In this document: piece after piece, positions 26,446-36,810 of the stretch
Position numbering within the stretch: position 1 is the stretch's first letter
Layout of the letters: every line of letters begins with the position of its first letter
Source: Somniosus microcephalus
Lineage: Eukaryota
DNA: 64,000 nt
Direction of reading: 5' to 3'
Assembly: GCA_052327205.1 (NCBI GenBank)
Contig: CM126228.1
Coordinates: 8,370,001-8,434,000, forward strand
Notes under the pieces: model-generated
The model's input: only the letters and a program-made list of their open reading frames with translations
Databases searched by the model: none
Told to the model about the DNA's origin: nothing
Program-made: the position numbers and the translations under genes

Positions 26446-26519
26446 AATCGATGGATTTATTTCACAGCAATTTGAAATCGACCAAATGCACAACGCAGAG
26501 ATGAACCTTTTTTGTTGTT

Positions 26520-26930
26520 GCAAGTTTTGAGCTATCTAAGTGTGTGTGTCGACGCTGCTCCGGCCTATATGGGCTGACTGACAGCCCTCCATTCTAAAAC
26601 ATTGTTTTAATTAAACCAAGGCCGCTTTAGCAGTCGTGGGATTTTTTTTGTTGACTTCGTTATATAGTTTTTTTCTTTCGCTTTCTGTCGGCAATTCCTT
26701 GAAACGAATGCCAAAAAAAAAGCTTCCAACCACATGGCTGGTGACCTGAATCGTTTGATCCTGTGAAATAAACAGGAAGAGGAAGAGAAAAAAAAACAAC
26801 AAAAAAATCCACTCCCCCCAGATCCCATGTTGCAATAAGCTTCACAAAAACAGGAGCTTACCTCCGAGTGACATGTCTTAAAGATTTCTCTCTTTATTTT
26901 CTCTCTCTCTGGTCTGCGCAAGGTGTAAGT
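26520..26930 (+). promoter_or_regulatory. Candidate SKOR1 promoter and non-coding first exon
   Basis: The ATG exon starts at a splice acceptor, so an upstream exon is required. CpG-rich region with cctatatggg (~26564) and TGACTGACAG (26575-26584), ending at a GT|GTAAGT donor (26924/26925). An alternative donor AAG|GTGAGC lies at 27582/27583. Confidence 0.45.
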
Positions 26931-28834
26931 GGATGAAACATCGCTTGATTGACGGGAAATAATGATTGACGTTAGAGGGCGTCCCGTAGACAAACAGTTA
27001 ATGTAAATATGCTGGCGCTAAGTGGGTGTGTCTTCCTATTATTTTAGCTGTCACTTGATCGATGTAAACCTATTCAACTAAGGCTCAGCATCGCACCCAT
27101 CCTGTTACCATGTGTTTGCTCTGTTGCATTAAGGAGAGGGGACAATTTTGGGACATGGATTTGCAAGACCTTCCCTGAAAATACCCGATACCTCTGCACC
27201 CCCTTCCCAGAGAGAGAGCGAGAGAGAGGGAGGGAAAAAGGGCACGGACAAGGGGGCACAGGGATTACACACTGCGGGACAGGAGTTTCGGAATTCGGAG
27301 CCCCTCTCCCAGCCTGCAAAAAGGAACCAGGAACAGAGCTGTGATTACGATTCTGCCTCATGTCTCCCTGGCAGCAACTTTTATTTTCTGAAAATTGGAA
27401 GACAGCATTGGTTTCAGATTGAACAAACAATAAGGGTAAAGTTTAATCTGTTTTCTCCCTCTTTCTCGCTGCTGTGTGTGAGTGAGTGCTGGGGTTTAAT
27501 TACGGTTCGCTTCCATCTTATTAAAGCCGTGAATTCCTGGTGTATTCCGTGTAATTACACTTAATGTTCCGATCCGTTTAAGGTGAGCCCGTTTTACTGG
27601 TTCGGTTCTGATTCTAACGTTAAAGTTATATTTTAGTCTAATCCCTTTTAGAATGATCAGCTGTGCATAGGATTTCTTTCTAGCCCTTATACATACATTT
27701 CTTGTAAAATCTTAAGTCAAGAATGTTTCCCCAAACAGCAGTTGTGATCTATATTGCAGGAAGTACTCCCGATTTAAACCCATTCACTTATCTGATCCGG
27801 GCTAGCGATGTGATGTAACTACTAATTGAGCGTATCAATCGTTATTGTAAAATCGCTGGAGTACTTAAACCGCGTCGCTCCTCCTGTCTCTCTCCGTTTT
27901 TGGATTAAATACATTTAGCAAGATGATGTCTCGCAAGGATTGCAGCGCGGCGGAATCCAACTAAGTTTATTTAAAGCACGTTTTTTTTTTAATTTAAAAA
28001 AAATCTTGGTTTAAACATTGCGATAAGTCATCCACGGCTGAAAAAAAACAATTTCTTTTCTCTGCATCACAGAATTAACCTGTCCCACAATACAAGATTC
28101 TTCTTGAATCCTGAAGTGAAGCAAAGCAGGTAGGAATTGCACAAAAAAATTAAAATTAACAGCTGGGATTCTAAGAGGAAGAATTTCGACTTTTTTTGTA
28201 CAAACATTTTAGTATTGTATATGTGGCGTCTGGCTCCGATAGTTTTTTAATCTAATGGGATATTACAACAGTGTGGCGCTGGGTTTAGCAACTGCAGAAA
28301 GTGCTTTTATATATATATATATAAAATGGAAATAATATCACCAGATTATACTTTTCAGTTTGAGACTCAACATACTGTACAGAAAGGGAACTTGTGTCCG
28401 AGTAAATCAGCTGAAAATCCTTCATTATTTTCAAGGAAAAAAGATTTTTTTTTGATTAAAACATTGTAAATTTACAGAGGATTACTTGCAGTTAATTGGA
28501 ATAAATTGCATTTAAAATATATATATATTTCTGATCGGGACGTGGCCTTAAATAATTGCATATTTATACTTAGACAGCGTTCGGTATATTTACAAATGAG
28601 AATCTCGTTTATTTAGATGGGAAATATTTCTCTATCCCACAGTGTGATGAATTATTTTAATTATGGCACCAAATTATATATGCACAGTTAATGTACAAAA
28701 TAAGCTTCGCGTCGCAAAATGCTGTGCGTTTTTAATCGGTTTTCATAAAACGTTTTGAAATGTAATATAAATATATATATTGATATAGAATTTTTGGCGC
28801 ATTTTATTTCTATTTTCTCGACAGAAACTCCGGA

Positions 28835-30568
28835 ATGGAGAAGATTTCCAGTCAGCTGGGAGTAGTGAATGACGCCGCCTCTTCTCCAACCTCGAAGCAG
28901 GAACTCCAGCCTTACAGCCAGCGAGAGCACCCCGGCTCCAGCAATCTGAAAACTAACACAGTCGGGGAGGCCATACTATACGGGCTTCCTATTGTTTCAC
29001 TGGTGATTGACGGACAGGAGAGACTGTGCCTGGCCCAGATCTCCAACACCCTGCTGAAAAACTACAGCTACAACGAGATCCACAACAGGCGGGTGGCCCT
29101 GGGTATCACTTGCGTCCAGTGCACCCCGGTCCAGCTGGAGATCCTCCGCAGGGCCGGAGCTATGCCCATCTCCTCCAGAAGATGCGGCATGATCACCAAG
29201 AGGGAAGCGGAGAGGCTCTGCAAGTCTTTTCTAGGGGAGCACTCGCCTCCCAAACTGCCCGAGAACTTTGCCTTTGATGTATCTCATGAGTGCGCCTGGG
29301 GTTGTCGAGGCAACTTCATCCCAGCAAGGTATAACAGCTCTCGGGCCAAATGCATCAAATGCAGCTATTGTAACATGTACTTTTCTCCAAATAAATTCAT
29401 CTTCCATTCTCACAGAGTCCCGGACGCTAAGTATACCCAACCAGACGCTGCTAACTTCAATTCTTGGCGGAGGCACCTCAAACTCTCTGACAAGACTCCG
29501 TCTGACTATTTGGCCCACGCTTGGGAAGATGTCAAGGCAATGTTCAATGGAGGGAGCCGCAAAAGAACCCTCCCTAACCATGGATCGGCGGGCTCACCTG
29601 CTCTGAAAGCTCACGGACCCAGCTCCATCCCTCCCAGGAATTCAGAAATCCCCCACAAGGCCATGAGGTGCGAGGACGAGGGGCGCAGTCTAAACCTTGG
29701 GAACAACGTTAGGAGTTACCCCGTCATTCCAGTGCCCAGCAAGAGCTTCGGCATGTTGCAGAAGATCCCCCCTCCCATGTTCCCGCACCCCTACGGATTC
29801 CCGACCTTTGGGCTGTGTCAGAAAAAAGACGACAGCAGCGTGGTGGGGGAGAAGACGCAGGGAGCTTTGCCTGGCATGTTCTGGCCAGGTAGCAAGGACA
29901 CTGTCTACCCTTCTTTCCCAATGTTTTGGCCCGCCGCTGGCACTTTACCGGTGCCCCCATATCCACAGGCCCAGCCAAAAGTCACAGAGAATCCAAATGC
30001 CAGGCAGAGTGAAATCGACGTGTCAGAGCAGAGTGACCGAAGCACCAACACGCCCAAGGACAGTTTGGCAGACAGCGAAAGGTGTTCGAGCACTCACTCC
30101 AGGAACGAGGAGGACAGATCGGGAGACGAGGCCAGGTCCATAGAAGGGATGTCCCTCACCCCTCGAAAACTCAATTATATCTCAGCCTTCCGACCGGTCG
30201 TCAAAGACGCGGAGAGCATCGCTAAACTTTATGGCAACAGAGAGGTGTACAATGGATCCAGGCCTGGCTACTTGTCTCCGGATTTTATGAGCGAGAGTTC
30301 AAGCTACAGGTCGGTGTCTCCGGATATAGACAGCGATGGAGAAGAGCCTGAGGTGGACGTGGAGTCGAACAGATGTCCAGAGGACGAACCTTCTCCAACC
30401 ATGGTGGAACCCATCCAAGAGGCAGAGATCCCACCCCAAGAAACCCCCGCTAACCCAGAGCCCACACACGAAATATCGAACAAAGAGGCCCTGGGAACAC
30501 CTTTTGGCGATCAAGGATCTGAAGAACCCAGACCTGGCGAGCAGAGCGTGGAAGAGAAAGCTCACGAG
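28835..30568 (+). CDS. SKOR1: SKOR1 large first coding exon (DHD/Ski-Sno domain, SAND-like SMAD4-binding domain, Pro/Ser-rich region; 578 codons)
   Basis: Translation contains LYGLPIVSLVIDGQERLCLAQISNTLLKNYSYNEIHNRRVALGITCVQCTPVQLEILRRAGAMPISSRRCGMITKREAERLCKSF and HECAWGCRG..CIKCSYC..FIFHSH, diagnostic of SKOR proteins. Acceptor ttttctcgacag ends at 28824; ATG at 28835; phase-0 donor GAG|GTAGAG at 30568/30569. Confidence 0.97.
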
Positions 30569-31221
30569 GTAGAGAACATATTGTTGGTCCTTTCTGAAAT
30601 GTTAATTCTGCAATTAAAAAAAAAATGTTCTCCACATCATATTCACTTTGTCTAGTCTGTGGAGAGAAAGTTAAACAATTTGGAGAAATCGAAGATAATC
30701 TAAGATGATATATTTGGAATATATTAACATCAATGTGCAATTTTAAACAGGAAATGCAGCGAAACCTAAAGACAATCCTGGCACATGGCGTGGCCCTACT
30801 GACACCTGAAACTTAGCAGCCAGACACATTTAAATAAGAGTAATTAACCAAATTATAGGAACCTATTTATTGCAACTGAAGTTAGGCGGGTGCTGTAGCC
30901 GCCAATGGGCGCTTGTTGTGTTCGGCTCCATTCTAATTCGAGTTATTCTCTTTCAAGTATCCATGGTTGCATTTATTAAAACTAATGCACGCAAATAGAG
31001 ATTAGCACCAACTAGAGGTTTGAAGATCACTTGTTCAAAATCCCGGGGACTTTTCGGGGGAGGTCGTGTTCAGAGAGACATTAAAAGCAAAAAAAAAGAA
31101 TAATCCCTCGTTAAACGGGAGGGACTTGGAACACCCCCAGGAGTAGGAGACCTCGCATTAGGAGATGAATACCTTGCGGTAACAGTTTGTAACCTTCTCT
31201 CATTTCTTTATCTATTTGCAG

Positions 31222-31309
31222 GTGTTTTCACATGAACATTTGCACAGCGTGAAAAATCCTTCCACGGCGGCCTCTGCAGCCACTTACATCTGCAGTACAG
31301 ACACAGCCG
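31222..31309 (+). CDS. SKOR1: SKOR1 coding exon 2 (VFSHEHLHSVKNPSTAASAATYICSTDTA)
   Basis: tctatttgcag acceptor, G|GTAATC donor; 88 nt, phase 0 to 1, which restores the frame into the next exon; weak similarity to the mammalian ..AASYVCT.. segment (recalled). Confidence 0.85.
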
Positions 31310-31549
31310 GTAATCCCTCCCCCCTCTCCCATTAATCTGAGTGAAGGCGTGTTTTATGTTCAACACAAGCGTCAGACTTTCTTGAACTTTAGTATATGTT
31401 ATCGTCACCCATACATGTGTGAACAGCAACAAGATTGAAATGAGTGTTTACATGAGGAAATTAAGTTTGGGGAGGGGGGGAGGTAATTGTTTCTTGAACA
31501 GTCAGAGAAAATGCTCAGCGTTTAATGGTTGAAGATAAAACTAGTTATC

Positions 31550-31765
31550 GAGGTATCTGATCTGGAACGCGCTGCCTGAAAGAGCGGTGGAAGCAGATTC
31601 AATCGTAACTTTCAAAAGGGAACTGGATAAATAGCTGAAAAGGAAAATTTGCAGGGTTCTGGGGAAAGAGCAGGGGGGAGTGGGACTAATTGGTAGAGCT
31701 CTTTCAAGGAGCCGGCACAGGCACGATGGGCCGAATGGCCTCCGCCAGTGCTGTATCATTCTATA
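31550..31765 (+). mobile_element. CR1 3' fragment in a SKOR1 intron
   Basis: IWNALPERAVEADSIVTFKRELD plus the gggccgaatggcctcc terminus; a similar copy lies at 35750-35960. Confidence 0.85.
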
Positions 31766-32046
31766 GTTGTTGATCTTCACGTGTCATAGTGAAACAATCA
31801 CATTTTAAATTTGTAATAAAAAAACTGTAGAGAATATGGGCATGGGTAAAGGACAATCCCGATGATAGAAAGGTTCTGTTGTGCTACTTCTGGCGTTCTC
31901 TTGATTGCATGGGACTGTGCAAGAAAGGTCCTTTGATAACTCCAGGCAATTATGGGGGCCGCTGATAGGGGCTATGTGTTGTCAGCCTTGCAATTAGAAT
32001 CACATGTCGCTTGCTTACACTGAAAATCGGTTTGTTGTATTCCAAG

Positions 32047-32154
32047 AGCAAGATAACGAAGACAATCAGTGCACAGCGGAGGACTCCGAGTCCAGGAAAT
32101 CATATCAGGAGCAAAGCAGCGCCTCCCAGGAAACCTCGGCCAGCACTGAGCGGG
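32047..32154 (+). CDS. SKOR1: SKOR1 coding exon 3 (EQDNEDNQCTAEDSESRKSYQEQSSASQETSASTERG)
   Basis: gtattccaag acceptor, G|GTGAGT donor; 108 nt, phase 1-1; similar to recalled mammalian EPDKEDNHS..RKSY..NTDRG. Confidence 0.92.
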
Positions 32155-32754
32155 GTGAGTGCTCTTTGCTTGGGATCGACAACTTTAAAAGGGAATTTGT
32201 GCAGAAGTTCGCTCTAGTCAAACCAAATCGGATCGTTCCATTTTTACAAAAGTTTGTATTTGGCATTGAATGTAAAGATGTAAAAAAGTATTCATAATGT
32301 CAAGCACTGCCAAGACCAAAGCTCGCAGCGCATATTGAATAAAACACACGGTAATATATCAGTCATGTTATACATAACATGCTCCTTCAGTGCAATCCCC
32401 CATGTGTTCGTTAAGCACATTATTCCCCCATTTTTGGGAGAGTGCAACTGTTATTGATGATCTGTATTTTTGGGGGGGTCATTTTATTTTTCAAGCTTCT
32501 TAAGAGTCCAGACAAAGTTTCTTGTTCAGAGATACTAACCGACTCAGAGTCACCCCACCTCACAACCTCTAAGGTTTCCGCCACACACAACATCCCACGC
32601 TCGCCAATGAGTTCAAACACTGCCCCACGAGCTTTGTGGCGATGCTTTCACACCAGGTTTGAACAGATAGCGACTGAAATCACTTTCAGACTAAACAATC
32701 GTTCCTGCTTATTGTATCTGACAAGGTTCAACTGTGTTTATGTCCATCACACAG

Positions 32755-32826
32755 GTGAAGATGGCATTAGACTGGAGACCCCGAGAACCCAACTGGTCGA
32801 AAAAGATATTGAAAATATGGGGAAAG
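32755..32826 (+). CDS. SKOR1: SKOR1 coding exon 4 (EDGIRLETPRTQLVEKDIENMGK)
   Basis: catcacacag acceptor, AAG|GTCTGA donor; 72 nt, phase 1-1; LVEKDIEN motif. Confidence 0.93.
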
Positions 32827-34065
32827 GTCTGAGTTCTGACTTTCTATATTTTGCTTAGGAACCGAGACCTCGGGTAGATTCTATCCATGTCACCTTTGCT
32901 CAGAATCCTTTACACTTCTAGCTGTCTGGCTTGGAAAGTGGGATTGCAGAAGCTTTGTTGCAGTAAATGATTGAGAATCAGGATCTTTTTAATGTTGTCA
33001 ACTATTTCTTTCCTTTACTCGAGTGTCACATTTTCCTTTCGAACTATTCAGAACATCCCGACATTTAAAAGTTGGGGGCTGAAGTTTAAGGGAAGACAAA
33101 CTGTGAAGGAACGACCGAATTCCCTGAAGGCTTTGGTCGTGCCTGCACAGAGAGGAGGAAGCAACGAGAGTTCATGCATTGACATACTCGGTTTATCCCG
33201 TTTAAATTGAATTCAACAATATATTTTTGTTCATTTTTGTAGCCTTATGGAGTGTGCCCCTGACTCGCCTCTCGACCCTTGGAGGAAAGTCACTGCCTCA
33301 AATCTTTAGTGTGTTTTAAGATTTTTTATTTTGTCGCCGTTTGATTTTCGAATTGCAGTGCGGATTGAGCCAGGAATGGGTTGTTATTTTGTAACTGGTG
33401 AGTTACACAGAAGCAACTTGCTCATTGGGTCCAAACTGGTGATTACTGCGAAAAGTAAACGGATCTGAACCCGTCTCTTGTCAATTAATATGCAAGTGGT
33501 ACGACTTAGTGTTGGGCTTTGTAAACCGCTGCTGCTCACGTTTTTATTTCTCTGGAGCTAGTGGTTCTGCACCTGATCGAGTATTAACCGGGCTGACATG
33601 TAATTAAACATCATTTGATACGAATGTGTGGATGAATTAAGAAGTGTTAGCGCTATTGTACCTGTTGGCAAGCGATGAACGAAGATGCGGGGTATTCACA
33701 GTGAAGAATGCACCATGTGGGTTACTGGTAATCGTGAGAAGTCCGTGCTGATCAATGATTAAGATGGTTAATGGGAACATCAGCGTGTATTGTGGCTGGA
33801 TATACCACGGGAGGACTGATTTAACATTCATGGCCCCAGGTACAGCCCACTGACATCGCTCATCGGAAGTGACACTTTATTCAGAACCCAAACTGTCAGG
33901 TATCCGATGGCACACACCTCCCTCAGATAATGTGCATCTTTTTTTGAATGTATGGACCAGATTGAAAAATGCTTTTCCTTTAACGAGTGTCCCTGACAAA
34001 TGCTCACAGCAGGTTTCTGTACAAATATGGAAGCGAGTTAAGATCCCTCACTCTCTGTATTTCAG

Positions 34066-34140
34066 AAGAATTACAAAAACTGCTTTTGGAACAGATGGAC
34101 CTTAGGAAGAAGTTAGAACGTGAATTTCAGAGTTTGAAAG
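34066..34140 (+). CDS. SKOR1: SKOR1 coding exon 5, coiled coil (EELQKLLLEQMDLRKKLEREFQSLK)
   Basis: ctgtatttcag acceptor, AAG|GTACGT donor; 75 nt; SKOR1-type coiled coil. Confidence 0.96.
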
Positions 34141-34633
34141 GTACGTCACTCTGAAACTGTTATCTGGGAAGGATGTTAACCCGGTATAGTAAATCTGTTG
34201 GCTTCAGATAGCTGAACAACATTAAATACTGCTCCCAAATTCTGATGGATAAATCTGTTGTGATTGCAATTTGTTAACACATTTATTGTCCTATAAAAAC
34301 AGTTGTGGATAATTGTATATTTAATTACCAAAATCCTTACGGGGGAAATGGTCTGAACACAGTTAGCCTACAAATCTCTTTTCCTCCTTTGGTAATGTAA
34401 TTCTATTGAGCTTATATAAAGGCCCAAAAATAGGACAATCTTTGGGTGAGAAAAGAGAAGGGAATTGGTGAAAGTTGCAACTGCAGGAGAGAGAGAGAAA
34501 AAATAATAATTCGTTAATTGGGATTAAACCCAATAGACAAGGCGAAGACGATTTTTTGAAATAAATCTATTTTGGATGGAACAAAAAGTGTGCCAATAAA
34601 TATTCACTTGAAATCTGCCCTACTTTCCTACAG

Positions 34634-34708
34634 ACAGTTTTCAGGATCAGATGAAGAGGGAATTGGCCTATAGAGAGGAAATGGTCCAACAGCTTCAGAT
34701 CGTTAGAG
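34634..34708 (+). CDS. SKOR1: SKOR1 coding exon 6 (DSFQDQMKRELAYREEMVQQLQIVR)
   Basis: tttcctacag acceptor, GAG|GTAAAA donor; 75 nt; conserved SKOR motif. Confidence 0.97.
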
Positions 34709-35336
34709 GTAAAATGCAATCAGGTGTTTATAGTCTTGATCTGGGCACTCTTCAGTAAGCATTTCATCGAGTGCATTAAAACCATTTATAGTTAAATTAT
34801 TTTTCAATAATTTCAATTGTAATAGCGCTGACCCTTTTTTAAAATATATATGTTACCGTGAAACGTGCCCTTACCGAATCAGTACAGGCTGATTAGCCCC
34901 TGCATTCGGATCCCGTGTATAAACGGCTCCAAGGCATCATTACAAATAACTGATTGAATTTTTTCTCCTACTGCAATTTTCATGCTGTCTAAATTAAAAA
35001 TCGAGGCGTAAAATTACCTGTGAAGTAGTGCCTAACTTTGGTTTAATTTTCAACTGGTTTGCAGCTTGCCTTCCAGCGCAGTCCACCTCCATGGGCACAG
35101 AGCATGTGGCGGCGCCGCGGGGGGTTTTTATTTTTCAGACAAATCTAAACAGCGCGGTGATTTTTATCAGTTCATCTAGAACTCATTTGAGTTAGCAAGG
35201 AGAGAGATTGTAAAAAGAACCACAAACACATATAGAAGCTAGGATTGTTTTAATTGGGACTTGCTGAAGTTCTCTCAGTTTTTGTTCAAGCGTCTCTGCT
35301 GCTTTTCTCAGTGATGGACTCATTTCGTTTTGACAG

Positions 35337-35402
35337 ACACGCTCTGCAATGAACTAGACCAGGAGAGGAAGGCGCGTTATGCGATCCAACAAAAGCTAAA
35401 AG
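35337..35402 (+). CDS. SKOR1: SKOR1 coding exon 7 (DTLCNELDQERKARYAIQQKLK)
   Basis: ttttgacag acceptor, AAG|GTAATG donor; 66 nt. Confidence 0.97.
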
Positions 35403-35749
35403 GTAATGACTTCATCCCCATAATCTGACTGACACGCTCGCTATAAAAGGGGGCGACAATAGACGCGAGCACAATCCTTAGTCTAACAGAACAGGGTCTC
35501 AGGTGGACGAGAGGCCAACGAGAGAATGAGAAGCTGGAAGAAAGGATTGAGGGGGAAAAAACGATATTAAGAGCAAGAATAGAAAATATAAAGAAGCAGA
35601 TGGGAATCGAAGCAAGTTAAAGGAAAGGTGAATTTGGTAAAGAAAAGTGTTAAATACTGGATCGAGGACAAAGATCTGATCGGTTTTAGATGGAAATGTC
35701 ATTGAAAGTAAAGGAAGATAGAACAGAATAATTGTATATTAGGGGGAGC

Positions 35750-35960
35750 CGAGGATTTCTACACAGCGAGTTGTTGTGATCTGGAATGCATTGCCTGAAA
35801 GGCCAGATTCAATCGTCACTTTCAAAAGGGAATTGGATAAATACTTAAAGGAAAATTTGCAGGGTTGTGGGAAAAGAGCGGGGGGGGGGGGACTAGATCA
35901 GAGCCGGCACAGGCACGATGGGCCGAATGGCCTCCTCCTGTCCTGTAGGATGCTATGATT
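35750..35960 (+). mobile_element. CR1 3' fragment in the last SKOR1 intron
   Basis: IWNALPERPDSIVTFKRELDKYLK. Confidence 0.85.
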
Positions 35961-36098
35961 TAAAAAGAGGATTTAATAAGATCATAAATATTGATTAAGT
36001 GTGCGCATCAGATCAATGTTGATGAGAAGGATGTTTCAGATACACTGTGCCAGTTTCTAATCATTTCTCTGTTACATTTCCCATCTCCCTGCATCTAG

Positions 36099-36196
36099 AA
36101 GCACATGACGCCCTCCATCATTTCTCGTGTAAGATGTTGACCCCGCGACATTGCACTGGGAACTGTTCCTTCAAACCGCCTCTGCTCCCGCAGTGA
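36099..36196 (+). CDS. SKOR1: SKOR1 last coding exon (EAHDALHHFSCKMLTPRHCTGNCSFKPPLLPQ*)
   Basis: ctgcatctag acceptor, TGA at 36194-36196; C-terminus characteristic of SKOR1. Total CDS 2316 nt. Confidence 0.97.
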
Positions 36197-36810
36197 CAAA
36201 ACAGCCGTTTACACAACCACGCAAGCGACGTTATAAAATCATATCCTTAGTACTGTAAATAATTTTAAAAAAAAGTTTTAAATGAAAGATGCAAACCAGG
36301 ATATGTGGAAGCCGAGGGGACCCAGACCACTGACAGCCCAGGGGAAGCCCAGTGTACCTGTACTTGTCGATGGAGATTGTGAATATAAATTTCAAGGACT
36401 ATAAGCACGAAATTTTCTATACGAAGAATGAATAGATGACCTCAGGGTCACTGTGACAGACCTACCTGTTTGACTTAATGTCCACTTATTTAAAAAAAAT
36501 ATTGTTCATAAAGAAATAAGTGGTTATGTGCAATTTATCTTTCTGTAATGTGATTTCGTTCGTACGGTATTTAATGGTTGTAATTTATTGATTTATTTAT
36601 TATTTATTTGCCTTTCTCATCCCGAAATCTAAGGGGAAACACAATTACCTTTGTATATTATCGATGTTATTAAAAGAGCACTTTAAGAGGCAATTCAGTG
36701 TATAAAGATTCCGTTTGGAAATCTGTTAAGTGATTTTGTTCTTAAAATAAAGTCGGCCTTAAACCGTTTTCTTGACTTTGAATATTTTAATTGTATTTGT
36801 TGTTGTTGGG
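36197..36810 (+). terminator. SKOR1: SKOR1 3' UTR with AU-rich element and polyadenylation signals
   Basis: Overlapping ATTTA run at ~36583-36610; ATTAAA at 36669-36674; AATAAA at 36746-36751 followed by a GT/T-rich downstream element (ttgtatttgttgttgttg). Confidence 0.7.

Noticed and set aside
30569-30655. C-terminal 28 aa of the 606-aa ORF as the true SKOR1 end
   Set aside because: Intron read-through; the conserved coiled-coil exons lie downstream and splice in frame.
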